A stretch of DNA of 64,000 nucleotides from Amphiscolops sp. MND2022 (lineage: Eukaryota): positions 35,962,001-36,026,000 of the forward strand of contig OZ076409.1 in the NCBI GenBank assembly GCA_964187785.1. Reading direction: 5' to 3'. The notes beneath the pieces are model-generated. The model saw nothing but the letters and a program-made list of their open reading frames with translations. It was not told the origin of the DNA and did not search any database. Position numbers and translations under genes: made by a program. This document shows, in pieces, positions 1-10,534 of this stretch. How positions within the stretch are numbered: position 1 is the stretch's first letter; every line of letters begins with the position of its first letter.

Positions 1-6
1 CCAACA

Positions 7-375
7 TCGCCGGCCCTGTTTTCCATAGGAAAACACTCTTCTTTGAAAACTGGCGCCAACTTCACCACAGGTCGTTTACACTGTCCAGTAGCTGTTTTGA
101 TTAGAGCAGATCTCACAAAGCCATCTCATCCAGGATAGACTTCTATAATTCGAGCCGTTTGGTAGTGAGATCTTTTCATGTTATCTTCCACTAACCACAC
201 AAGATCACCAGAGGATATATTTTTCTCTTGTTTCGAATACCATTTACTTCTTGAATGCCATTGTGGTAAATATTCATTTGTCCAACGTTTCCATATCATA
301 TCGGCATAGGCTTGCGATGATTTGAATATCTTCCTGTGGTTAGCATACAATTCGGCATTAGGAATAAAAGGGACC
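7..375 (-). pseudogene. Disrupted C-terminus of the BEL pol (DUF5641-like tail)
   Basis: A frameshift near 375 continues as VPFIPNAELYANHRK...IWKRWTNEYLP. An in-frame TGA at 126-128 interrupts YPG*DGFVRSA...RPVVKLAP. Confidence 0.8.
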
Positions 376-3300
376 GCACACGTTTGATCGTCCCAGTAGA
401 AAATGATTTGGGGTCAGCGCTTCCAGGTCTGATGGATCATCACTCACCGCTGTTAATGGCCTTGCATTAAGTGTTTGCTCGACAAGACACATTGTAGTAA
501 TGAGAGTTTCATCGGTTAAGGATCGGGAACCCAGAATAGCAAACATAGCTTTCTTGCAGCTCCGTACCAAGCGTTCCCAGACACCTCCAAAATGAGGGGC
601 ACTGGGAGGGTTGAATTTCCAAATAATTCCTTTCGATGCCAAACTTTCTCCCATTTGACTTTTGTTCCACGAGTCAATATATTCCCGAAGCTCCCTAGCG
701 GAGCCGACAAAATTTGAGCCATTATCGCTCACTATAGTCTTGGGTTTGCCACGCCTCGATATAAAGCGCACAATTGCTGCCATGCAAGAGTCTGCATCGA
801 GACTTCTGACAACTTCAATGTGAACCGCACGCGTTGTTAGACAGGTGAAGAGACAACACCATCGCTTCATGGTTCTTCGCAGCATTTTCACTTCAAAGGG
901 ACCAAAATAGTCTATGCCAGTGTTAGTAAAAGGATGGGCTTGAAAGTCTAATCTTTCAGGAGGTAAATCCGCCATGAAAGGTTGTTTTACTGCAGAGCGG
1001 AATTTTCTGCAGTCCACACAACTACCCTTAATTTTTCTTAATGCGTTACGCAAACCAAGAACACAAAATTCTTGCTGGATCACATTCCGCACATATTCCA
1101 CTCCCTCGTGCAAATTGTCAATATGCGCTTGCAATAACAATAATTTCACCACTGGATGAGTCGAGCACAATAAAATAGGATGTCGTTGATCAAAACTGAG
1201 GTTTTTTGCATACTTCAGTCTTCCTTGAGCCCTGATTAAACCAAAATTGTCAAGAAAAGGCGTGAATTTCTTTAAGTTGCCATCAATTTTACCCTCTGCA
1301 CCTTTTTGTAAGTTTGCAAAAGTTTCCGGGAAAAGCTCCCTTTGAACAAGTTTGATGAGAACTTTTCTCGAATTTTTTAATTCATCGACCGATAAATAAC
1401 TGGTATTCGTCTTACTCCTAAATCTTAAGCAAAACGCAATAACACGTTGAATTTTAGAGAAACTGCTGAATCGATCCCAAGTTATCAAATCTCTTTTCTG
1501 GGTAACGAATATGGATTCCATTTCGCCCATACTCGATGTGACTTCGTCCAAGCCCAGTGAAGTAACAGGCCATTCTTCCATTGGTAGTTTCAACCATGCC
1601 GGCCCTGTTAACCACTCTGACTTCGTGAGATTCTCAAGGGAGATACCTCGAGTGCCAATATCAGCGGGATTCAGTTCCCCTCTAACATGTCGCCACTCGT
1701 CTATTGTTGTACTTTCAAGTATTTCTGAGACTCGATTGGCAACAAAAACGACTTGCTTCTGATGGGCACTTTTCAGCCACTGTAAGACAGTCTCGGAGTC
1801 TGTCCAGTGATAAATACTTTGAAACCTGAGGTCATGCTCTGAACAAATGAGCTTTCGTAGTCGAACTCCATACATTGCCGCTTGAAGTTCCAACCTGGGA
1901 ACCGACAATTGTTTCATGGGAGCAATGCGGCTTTTTCCTAGAATGAACGATACTTCGCTCCCAGTCTTTTGTTGATAACGAATGTATGCAACAATAGCCA
2001 TTGCTTCCAAACTAGCATCACTAAAAATGTGCAGCTCCATGTGCTCCGGTAGACTCATAAAGTAATGTCTGTTTAGTTTTACTTGTCGCATTGAAGTAAG
2101 CTCCGTAGCCCATGCTAAAAAGCAAGCCCTTTCTTCATTGGAAACTGACTCATCCCATCTCTGTCCGTATTGAATCCATATGCTTTTCAATAAAATTCTC
2201 ATTCTCATTGTAAATGGCGCTAATAGTCCCAATGGGTCAAATACCGAGGAAACAAATGATAAAATAGTCCGTTGAGTCACATGTTCAGGCATTTGTCTAT
2301 CAGAACCTCTACATGCCCGCAGAATGTCTTTTGAGATAATCCACTCCAAGCCGAGGATTGAGGACGTTTCGAGTTCAGAGTCCAGTGAAACAATGTCAGA
2401 TACTGCGCAGTCTTCTTCCGGAATTGCTTCCAGAACCTCGTGCTTGTTACTGGCCCACTTTTTCAGAGCAAACCCACTCTTAGACATTACTGACACAATT
2501 TGTCGGTAATGCTCTTGGGCGTCTTGAATATTTGAAACACTCTTGACCAAGTCGTCCATATAAAAATTCCGTTCAATCATTTCCGAAGCCTTGGGGAATT
2601 CATCTTTGAAATCCTTCCCAGCCTGTTGCAAGGCGTAGTTGGCACAAGTAGGCGAATCCTTGGAGCCAAAAACATGACGATTGTATTCATACACGTGCAA
2701 AGTCTCTTTATCGCTATTGCGCCATAAAAAACGTAGCACTCTGCAGTCCTCCACTGGTACTCCAACTTGTAGGAACATCGATTCGATGTCAGCGTTAATG
2801 GCCACCTCATGTTCACGGAATCGAAAAATTATTCCGATGAGATTTCGAAGTAAATCCGGTCCTGTCAGCAACTTGTCATTCAACGAGGTGCCTTTAAATT
2901 TAGACGCAGCATTACACACGCGTCTAACCTTACCCGGTTTGTGTGGATGCTTCACAGGATGATGTGGTAAGTACCATTGAAGATTGTTTCCGGTATGTTG
3001 TAATTCATGTTTGTCGATAACTCTGATAAATCCATTCTCCAAATCCTTTTGAATGGTTTTCTGATATGCATCCTTCAAATCTACATCCTTGTCCAATCGT
3101 TTTTCTAGTGAATAGAACTGTTGAAGAGCCGAACTATAATTATTTGGCAGATCGGGAGAATCGTCAGCCCAAAGCAATCCCACTTCGTATCTTTCGCCAT
3201 TGTGTCTAGTTGACCGTTTCAGAATGTCGAAAGCTCTTTCATCTTGTTTAGATCTTCCACTGACGTTGCAAAGGGAGGCGTATGTTTCCATATCCCACCA

Positions 3301-6300
3301 TCTTTTGATTTGACTTGTCAATATTTCATTGCCAGTGTCATTGGCTAGGTTACAAGACACAACCAAATGATTGGTCTCCGACTTGGGCAATGGGCCACTC
3401 AAGGTCCAACCGAGCTCTGTTTTAACTGCCCAAGGTTCATTTCGACCGCCTGTCTTGTATTCTAAAGGTCGAATTAAAGGGTAAACATCTTGTCCCAAAA
3501 TTATTTTAACATCTTTCATGGCCATGATTTCGTCTGGTAGATCCGTCAAGTGTTCGTATTGTATCTTCAATTTGTGAAAATTGTACTCTCTATCACCAAC
3601 ATTCAGTTTAGGATGTGTACAAAATGTGATTTCATGGCCCTTTTTATCCAAAAGAAATGGCGCAATTTCTGCAGTTACCTTTTCTGTGGACATTTCTGAC
3701 ATTCCATGGATACCAGCAATTGTCATTGTCGTAGCTTCACCAGACAGTTTGAGCTGAGACTTTAATTTTTCATCAATAAACGAGACGGTTGATCCTGTGT
3801 CCAACAGAGCTGTCGTACGGACTTCAAGATTCGAATTGCGAACTGTTATTGGGACAAGTTGCAGGACTCCACTGGATCCCGTAGCCAAAACTGCTGATGA
3901 ACTAGCTTTGTTTTCTATTGCAGTATTAGCAGACTCTTTATTTTCTATAGGTTCGACATGTAAAAGTCTGTTGTGTTTTTTAATACAGCCATTGAATCCA
4001 CACTTCCTTTCACTCTTGCAGTCTTTAATCAGGTGTGTATTTAGGCAACAAAAGCAAAGTTTGAGTTTTTTTACTGTTTCGTATCTGTCAGTGGGACTTT
4101 GCTTTTTGAACTTATCACAACCCCAAATTTTATGCTCGCCATCGTTCAACGGACATGTCTTCGTATCCGATTTTGAGCTCTTCAATTGACATTGTCTCTC
4201 CTTGTTTGCGAAAGTTGTTGTTAGCACTGTACCTGAACTCCTAGCTTTCTCTCCCTGAGATGCACCCTTCTTATCAGTGTTTGAGCGGTACTGAACTAAA
4301 AGTTCATCATGTACATACGCCACTTCATTGAGCCACTCCGAGAATTTGCTGAGATTAGCTGTCATATAACATCTTCCCTTTGCGTGAAACAGCCATTTTG
4401 TTTTGAGTTCAGGCGGCAGCTTGCGAACAACAGCACTTAAAACGGATTCGGAACAAAGATCGCCTGTAAACCCGTACTGATTTAAAACGCTAACACAAGT
4501 GGAAATGAGTTGAGAGTATTTAATAATTGCTGTCGAGTCATGTGATTTGATAAAGGGAAATTGATATATTTGTTTCATTTGAGCATTAACTAACGACTGA
4601 GGTCTTCCAAAGTTTCGTTCAAGAGTTTGCCAAGCCGTATGGTACAAAGCTCCTGAATAGCCAAATCCAGCTATTGCTGCTTTAGCTTTGTCTTTCACAA
4701 GTGTCTTCAGGTGACTCATTTTTGTGTTATCATCAACCGGCGCATTGTGTATGACGGCATTGAAAAGACTAGACCATTCTGGCCATTCCAAAGGATCACC
4801 GGTGAATTCTTTCAGTTTGAGTTTGGGTAGACTTGAAACTGGCTGCAGCCACTGTGTCTGTGGCGTTACAGTCACAGTTGGGTGCGGCAGTGGTTGAAGT
4901 TGATGGTTTGAGGAATGGGTATACTCTAACTTCGGGTTGATCGCATCCTTTTTGTTCTGGAAATGGTTAGGTTTGGTCTCCTTTTTGTTGGTCTTGGACT
5001 GACTCAAGCTCCTCTCACGTTGCATTTGAGAATCCAACGTTTTCTCTGGAGGACCGACCCGTCGGCCGCTTCGAGAACCTCTTACTTGGAAAAGCGCGTT
5101 CTCCTCCTTAACTGAAGTAGGACGAGTTTTGTCAATGCCAAGTTGCGAAATTTTGCTAGATATCTCGGACGTTCGATCAATAACCTGCTGGTCCAGCCAT
5201 TTGCTGAAATGATCTTCCCTTTCGTTCTTCCATGTCAACGGTGCAGATTCGCTATCTGTCGATTTGATGGAACTAGCGGTCGATTGAGCGTCTGCAATGT
5301 CGATTCTAGCTTGCAATTTTGTTTTTCGTAACATTTGCTTCTTCTTGAGAGATTCAAGTTCATTCCGTTCTTGCATTTCTGCCAGTTCTTGTTCTCTCAT
5401 CTTTTTCTTCACTGCTATTTCTCGTTCCTTTTCCTCCAGCTCTAAGCGGGACTCTGCTTCTAGAATGGTAGCTTGAATAGTTAATCGTTGTTTTTCACTC
5501 AAACGCGAAGCGTTAGAACGTTTATCCGACCTATGGATTGTATGTGATTTGGCGGATTCTGTTCTTGGCTCATCCCTGGGCAACAATATCTCAGCATGCT
5601 GCCGGTCGCCGATGTTGGCCGAATGGGGAGCGTCGCCAACAACATTCGAGTTCGAGTTACCTCTACTATTTGACAAATCATCGAACAAAGTTGAGTTGTT
5701 GGCGTCTTGGAGAAGTTCCAAGCCACGATCAAGTTTTTCCAATGGGTTCCTTTTCTTGTCATCGGGAGCTCTGGCTGTAACAACTGTTGAGTCTTTCAGC
5801 GCCGATTCGTCGTGGGTTTTGGACAATTTCTCTGCTTTAGGTTGATCAGCCTCAGCTTCCTCATCCTTTTGTTCTTGCAAGTCGGGATTTTCTACATAAG
5901 CAATCCACTCCACTGTGCTTTTCTGCAGAATCAATTCAATTTCCTTCAATTGCTTCTCTCTTTGAGCTAGTGTCGTTGCTACACTCTCAGGTTTGATTAG
6001 TGACCGCTGTGAATCGAAAACCAGGTCTAATGCCGATTTTATTTCATGGAGTTTGGGTACGGCGGAACTTACTCGGGTTGATCGAGCTGATTCTTTAATT
6101 AGGTCATCAATTGCTTTCTTCTGTTTTTCGAACTCGCTCTTATGTTTCCACCACTGATCGGAAAGACGGCAATACTTTGAATAGTCGTTACGACTCTTCA
6201 GAGCGACCAGCACTTTGTGGAGTCCATGCACTAGCGGGTGGTTTTGTGCCCAGTTGTTTATCATCTCTTTAATTTCCTGTTCTAAATCTGTTTTCACTTT

Positions 6301-6630
6301 TGTACGCTCCGCGACGTACTTTTCCTTCAACATTGGCAGGCCAAAACTAAACTCTTTGTCGAAAGCTTCCTTAGCGAGAATGTACTCATAATAGAGTTTG
6401 CCAAGGTCAGATGTTTTGGAAAACGTAGTCCATTCTTTTCCTTGGAGACGTTGAAATTCCTCATTGACAGCTCTTATCGCTTCCAAATGTTTTGTGAACC
6501 TTTCTTCATGGTCATTCCATGCAGTCACAGCGGATGAGTTCTTCAGTGCTTCTGTGAATGGCATTCGTTGAAGAGTGCCTCCTTTGTATACCGACATTAC
6601 CTTGTGGTCAATAGTACCTCCGGATGCCAT
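358..6630 (-). CDS. BEL/Pao gag-pol polyprotein (gag DUF1759-like region, Cys-His knuckles, aspartic protease, RT, RNase H, integrase)
   Basis: Motifs seen: LPKLKLKEFTGDPLEW; CFCCLNTHLIKDC...CGFNGCIKKHNRLLH; LLDTGS; WYLPHHPV; NFYMDD; HIFSDAS; H-H-C-C zinc finger; GIDYFGP; SDNGSNF; GGVWERLV; LTPNHFLLG. Confidence 0.95.
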   Translation of the reverse strand: MASGGTIDHKVMSVYKGGTLQRMPFTEALKNSSAVTAWNDHEERFTKHLEAIRAVNEEFQRLQGKEWTTFSKTSDLGKLYYEYILAKEAFDKEFSFGLPMLKEKYVAERTKVKTDLEQEIKEMINNWAQNHPLVHGLHKVLVALKSRNDYSKYCRLSDQWWKHKSEFEKQKKAIDDLIKESARSTRVSSAVPKLHEIKSALDLVFDSQRSLIKPESVATTLAQREKQLKEIELILQKSTVEWIAYVENPDLQEQKDEEAEADQPKAEKLSKTHDESALKDSTVVTARAPDDKKRNPLEKLDRGLELLQDANNSTLFDDLSNSRGNSNSNVVGDAPHSANIGDRQHAEILLPRDEPRTESAKSHTIHRSDKRSNASRLSEKQRLTIQATILEAESRLELEEKEREIAVKKKMREQELAEMQERNELESLKKKQMLRKTKLQARIDIADAQSTASSIKSTDSESAPLTWKNEREDHFSKWLDQQVIDRTSEISSKISQLGIDKTRPTSVKEENALFQVRGSRSGRRVGPPEKTLDSQMQRERSLSQSKTNKKETKPNHFQNKKDAINPKLEYTHSSNHQLQPLPHPTVTVTPQTQWLQPVSSLPKLKLKEFTGDPLEWPEWSSLFNAVIHNAPVDDNTKMSHLKTLVKDKAKAAIAGFGYSGALYHTAWQTLERNFGRPQSLVNAQMKQIYQFPFIKSHDSTAIIKYSQLISTCVSVLNQYGFTGDLCSESVLSAVVRKLPPELKTKWLFHAKGRCYMTANLSKFSEWLNEVAYVHDELLVQYRSNTDKKGASQGEKARSSGTVLTTTFANKERQCQLKSSKSDTKTCPLNDGEHKIWGCDKFKKQSPTDRYETVKKLKLCFCCLNTHLIKDCKSERKCGFNGCIKKHNRLLHVEPIENKESANTAIENKASSSAVLATGSSGVLQLVPITVRNSNLEVRTTALLDTGSTVSFIDEKLKSQLKLSGEATTMTIAGIHGMSEMSTEKVTAEIAPFLLDKKGHEITFCTHPKLNVGDREYNFHKLKIQYEHLTDLPDEIMAMKDVKIILGQDVYPLIRPLEYKTGGRNEPWAVKTELGWTLSGPLPKSETNHLVVSCNLANDTGNEILTSQIKRWWDMETYASLCNVSGRSKQDERAFDILKRSTRHNGERYEVGLLWADDSPDLPNNYSSALQQFYSLEKRLDKDVDLKDAYQKTIQKDLENGFIRVIDKHELQHTGNNLQWYLPHHPVKHPHKPGKVRRVCNAASKFKGTSLNDKLLTGPDLLRNLIGIIFRFREHEVAINADIESMFLQVGVPVEDCRVLRFLWRNSDKETLHVYEYNRHVFGSKDSPTCANYALQQAGKDFKDEFPKASEMIERNFYMDDLVKSVSNIQDAQEHYRQIVSVMSKSGFALKKWASNKHEVLEAIPEEDCAVSDIVSLDSELETSSILGLEWIISKDILRACRGSDRQMPEHVTQRTILSFVSSVFDPLGLLAPFTMRMRILLKSIWIQYGQRWDESVSNEERACFLAWATELTSMRQVKLNRHYFMSLPEHMELHIFSDASLEAMAIVAYIRYQQKTGSEVSFILGKSRIAPMKQLSVPRLELQAAMYGVRLRKLICSEHDLRFQSIYHWTDSETVLQWLKSAHQKQVVFVANRVSEILESTTIDEWRHVRGELNPADIGTRGISLENLTKSEWLTGPAWLKLPMEEWPVTSLGLDEVTSSMGEMESIFVTQKRDLITWDRFSSFSKIQRVIAFCLRFRSKTNTSYLSVDELKNSRKVLIKLVQRELFPETFANLQKGAEGKIDGNLKKFTPFLDNFGLIRAQGRLKYAKNLSFDQRHPILLCSTHPVVKLLLLQAHIDNLHEGVEYVRNVIQQEFCVLGLRNALRKIKGSCVDCRKFRSAVKQPFMADLPPERLDFQAHPFTNTGIDYFGPFEVKMLRRTMKRWCCLFTCLTTRAVHIEVVRSLDADSCMAAIVRFISRRGKPKTIVSDNGSNFVGSARELREYIDSWNKSQMGESLASKGIIWKFNPPSAPHFGGVWERLVRSCKKAMFAILGSRSLTDETLITTMCLVEQTLNARPLTAVSDDPSDLEALTPNHFLLGRSNVCGPFYS

Positions 6631-6643
6631 TGCTTGCGAAAGT

Positions 6644-6661
6644 TCCCGGGTCGCGGCACCA
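6644..6661 (-). promoter_or_regulatory. Primer-binding site TGGTGCCGCGACCCGGGA (tRNA-Phe/His-like)
   Basis: Starts with TGG, resembles the complement of tRNA-Phe/His 3' ends, sits 13 nt before the gag ATG, and is separated from the LTR end by a short spacer. Confidence 0.75.
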
Positions 6662-6678
6662 AAATTTTAGGGCTGACC

Positions 6679-7473
6679 TGTTTGTGATTACTTCTTCGAA
6701 TAACAAAGTCTTTACGCCCGCCCTGATTGTTTCCAGGAACCACAATGACAACGTCCAGAGCACTCGTAAATTCTTGGATGACCTTGTCGGTCCAATTCAG
6801 CGTCAAAAGCACTTCTAAGTATTTTGGTTTTTAGAATAAAACAAATGCTTCCGATGGATTCTTCGTTCAAATGGACTTTGTCTTCTCTCAAATGAGTGAC
6901 TTTGTAGACCCTCTTTTCTACTCCTCGAAACGACCAGTCTTCCTTTCGATTAGATAGCAGTTTGTTTACTGCACTGGTGCGTTCTCTTTGATTGTGACGA
7001 GGAGGAATTCCCAGCACAAACACTTTATCAGCTTTGCCTTTTAAAACGTTAGCAAGGTCACTAATTTTGTCCGCAACCTCTTCCGAACTAACTTTAGAGG
7101 GTGATTTACCTTGGAAAAGATCGTTTCCTCCAACGAAAAGTACTATAATATTGAAGCGACCCACGCGTGGAATGAAATTATAAACGTCGTGAACTTTCGC
7201 ACTTTTCTCATACAGTTGGAACAACTTGTCCAATTTAAGAATTCTCTCTTCTCGTTTTCGAAGTTATTGATTGTTGTTCGTGTGAAATTTTACATCCGTT
7301 TAACATCTCATTAATATTCATTACAACGTCAAATTTATACAATTTTGATTAGATATATATTTGGCTCAAACATTCTGATTAAACATCGGAATTCCTTCGA
7401 TTGTTGAATACTTTAAATGCTTGACCGAAAACCATAAGTATTTGATTTGGATTATGATTGTATGGCGCCAACA
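6679..7473 (-). repeat. Putative 5' LTR of the BEL element (~795 bp, TGTTGG...AAACA)
   Basis: The start matches the 6 visible bases of the 3' LTR. It ends in CA just ahead of the PBS. A TATAAA lies near 7339-7334. Confidence 0.7.
6712..7233 (-). CDS. SGNH/GDSL hydrolase-like protein, N-terminal block I missing, inside the putative LTR
   Basis: IIVLFVGGNDL (block III), VFVLGIPPR and REDKVHLN (block V DxxH). There is no GDS block I and no in-frame ATG (TTG start). Confidence 0.7.
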   Translation of the reverse strand: MDKLFQLYEKSAKVHDVYNFIPRVGRFNIIVLFVGGNDLFQGKSPSKVSSEEVADKISDLANVLKGKADKVFVLGIPPRHNQRERTSAVNKLLSNRKEDWSFRGVEKRVYKVTHLREDKVHLNEESIGSICFILKTKILRSAFDAELDRQGHPRIYECSGRCHCGSWKQSGRA

Positions 7474-8065
7474 TTTGGTACCACCTTCACAGCTCCGTAA
7501 ACCTGCTTCCGCCCATTTCAAAATGAGAACGCAATGTCAACAGACTGTAAGGACATGTACAGTCTCAGTTGTGATTGGCCGAAACTTTCTACAAATGTTT
7601 ATCATTCCTTGCTTATATTAGTTAGTGCTCATACTTGGGGAGCCTAATCTCAGGATCATTGATTCATGGTCAACTTTTGCTTGCCACTCGCATCCTATTT
7701 AGTATTTCGGTTAACAACCACTGACTTGACTCCCAGAATTTCTATTAGGATGTATAGAGTAATCTTCATAACGATGATTTTCTAGGTTTATTCTGTTCGA
7801 ATCATCCTCTTAGAGTTTTTTATACATAATATAACAGAATATCACACCTCTAGAACGCCATTTACTCAGGCTGTAGAACAACTTACACACACAAGTAAAA
7901 TTTAAATTTGGAACAAACTTGAAAATATAAAAATTGTAATTATTTTGGCTGTTGATTGAACGGACGGACAATGAAATGAAACAGAATTATTATGTAGCAA
8001 ATGTAATATATACAATTAAAAATGTCAGTCGAATCGTCTCTAGATGACTTTGCAAGAGGTCTGTA

Positions 8066-8150
8066 TCACGAATCAGGATGACCGCAATGTTGAGGACTGA
8101 CGTCATTGGTTGCATGGAAAGGACTGCTCAAACGATCCAGTGAATCATCC
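8066..8150 (-). CDS. Putative terminal exon of a small membrane-protein host gene
   Basis: CAG acceptor at 8153-8151. Phase 2 matches the donor at 9703. Reads DDSLDRLSSPFHATNDVSPQHCGHPDS*. Confidence 0.45.
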
Positions 8151-8235
8151 CTGTCGGTAGTAAGGGTGTACAATTATATATATTTTCGGAAGTTAAAAGA
8201 TTTTATAGAATTAAAGTATCCTCTGAATTGAGTAA

Positions 8236-9432
8236 AACAAGACGGGAACGTCTAAAGTCGGCGCTATATCTAAGGCTCAAAAACCGCAAAACATTTTTTT
8301 TTGGAAAAAAACTTGAAATTTTCGAAAAAATTTTTCTTTCGGAAAATGTCGCACAGTGCCAAAAAATGTAAAGGAGGGGACCCTTTTTGATTTCCAAACA
8401 TGCATTCTGTTGCAAAATAACAAAAAACTCAAAGGGGGGACCCTTTGGGGTCATTAAAAATTTTTCGAAAAAAAGTCGCACAGTGCTGAAAAAAAATCAA
8501 AAGGGGGATCCTTTAGCCTCGGCCGGTTTTGTAGGTTACGTTAAAAAAGTAAAAAATGAAAGGGGGCCCTTTGGAGACAAAAAAATTTTCGAAAAAAAGT
8601 CGCACAGTGCCGAAAATAATCCGAAGGGGGGACCCTTTAGACACGTCCGGTTTTGTATGTTTCCTTGAAAAAGTAAAAAATGAAAAGTGGGACCCTATGG
8701 ACCTTTTGCCTTGGCGGGACCTGGCCTTAGGTGGTTTCAGGATTGTTTCTAAAAAGTGGACCGATCAGTGCGAGGATTGTAGTCTGAAGAAACAAGCCGG
8801 GAACGGCCCAAGTCGGCGCCATATCTAAGGCTCAAAAACAGCAAAAGGACTTCCAAGTATTCTCTTCTACAGTACCGGAAAAACCCAAAAGTTGAACCGA
8901 ATTGGCACACCAGAGGCGACACTTTGAAATTTTTCATCCATTCTGTTGCAAATCATCAAAAAAAATTGAAGGAGGGGCACTTTTGGTGAAATTTTTTTTT
9001 AAGTCTCACAATGCCGAAAAAACTGAAAGGGGGGACCCTTCGGGATTTTTCAACATCCGTTCTGTCGGAAAACTCCAAAAAAATTGAAGGGGGGACCCCT
9101 TGGGAAATTTTTTTTTTCGAAAAAAAGTCTCCCAGAGCCGAAAATACTCTAAGTCCCTTTGGTCCCTTTGAGTTTCTTAGATGATGTAAAAATACTACTT
9201 CGCAAGCTTTTAAAGTATTTTATTTAAATTTGCTAAGTAAGAATTGTATGATTTTAAGATTGTAAGAATTGTAAGAAAAGTAGACCGATCAGTGTGAGGA
9301 TTGTAGTCTGAAGAAAAAAAAGGTCACTGCTATAGTCGGGCATTTTTCCTTAAAAGGAAAACGCGCCGACTAAAAAAGGTCACTGCTATAGTCGAGCATT
9401 TTTCCTTAAAAGGATAAAGCGCCGACTAAAAA
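8236..9432 (-). mobile_element. Two nested Helentron/DINE-1-like non-autonomous elements, family 1 (inner copy 8791-9377)
   Basis: AACAAG terminus with a small hairpin. SubTIR AGTCGGCGC pairs with GCGCCGACT at the other end. Internal GGGGGACCC(TT) subrepeats. Two successive far termini at ~9377 and ~9432. Confidence 0.65.
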
Positions 9433-9703
9433 GACCTTTTGCATTGAATGTGAAATGTTCCTATGTATCCTATGATCTGTTGAAAAATTGATGGTTTTTC
9501 TGAAAGAAATTATTTCGAATTTTAATCCGAACAACCCTATTTTGCTGATAGATTTTGGGCAATTTTAATTGAAATTTTAAAAGGTAATAAACTTTCAACC
9601 GAATCAGAATGCAGCCTTCGTATCAAGCTGCTATTGATCATGAAAAATGAAAATAGATCATAGTTTATTGAGTAAGTTTTTCTTACTCCACTGACACCCC
9701 TAC

Positions 9704-10068
9704 CTGTTGAGCATGGAATAGACGTTATTCCCAATCTGCTTGTACCTGGAACTTCCCCCAGTGTTCACTGATTCTGGGAACGAAGTGGCCGATGAAGAGA
9801 AGTCGTTGCTCGTACTGGAGTAAGTGTTCTGGATGACGTCACTGCTCACGTGATCATGCATGACGTCAGTGCTGGTCACGTGATTGAAGCCATGTTCCTG
9901 GTAGATGGGCTCTGAGTGGTTCCACGTGGGCATGGCACTGGAATTGGTTTCAGTGTTGGTGCCAATGGGTTCACCCAGCTCTGCTACCATCTTCTGGTGC
10001 TCTTCGTAGAAATAGCAGAATGTACACACTATCATCAGGGCAAACACAAACAGTGCCAGACCAATTAG
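9704..10068 (-). CDS. Putative exon: one transmembrane segment plus a Ser/Thr-rich region, function unknown
   Basis: TTTCAG acceptor, AG|GT donor, GC-richer coding-like composition, hydrophobic LIGLALFVFALMIVCTFCYFY. Confidence 0.6.
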
Positions 10069-10534
10069 CTGAAATGATTTTTCAAAACGTTCAGTATTTT
10101 GCACGTAAGAACTTTATGACACCTATGTGTGTGAAGGCAATATATTACCTAGCTGCCACTTTAAGTGTAATTTTTGTTTTTAAAAGACCCAAAACTGATA
10201 AATAAGTGTCAGATTGTCTAACCTTCAAAAATTAGTCAACAATTGACAAAAATTATGCAATGGTTTTAGTTATGAATATTGATTTTTATACAACTCATAA
10301 CAAAACAATACGTTACTTTCTCAACTCTTATCCAATCAAAACTTCAAAAATTGGAAATCCTCATTGTTCCTATGTACTAACTTTTTTCTTGATTTTTACT
10401 CATTTGTTACATTACTTCGACATGCATTCCTTGGAGTTTTTACTTCCACCGGGTTTCCCGACCAGGCCGAATATAATCTGACCATATTATGGCACCATAC
10501 AAATCATACAAATTTCCTTACAATGATCTTGCCA

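Larger units (their letters stand above)
1..7473 (-). mobile_element. BEL/Pao LTR retrotransposon (3' LTR truncated by the window edge)
   Basis: Single gag-pol ORF with BEL domain order. PPT AAAACAGGGCCGGCGA (7-22) is followed by TGTTGG (6-1). The same TGTTGG start recurs at 7473. A PBS lies at 6644-6661. Confidence 0.92.

Noticed and set aside
974..5845. Many short plus-strand ORFs
   Set aside because: Antisense shadows of the BEL gag-pol.
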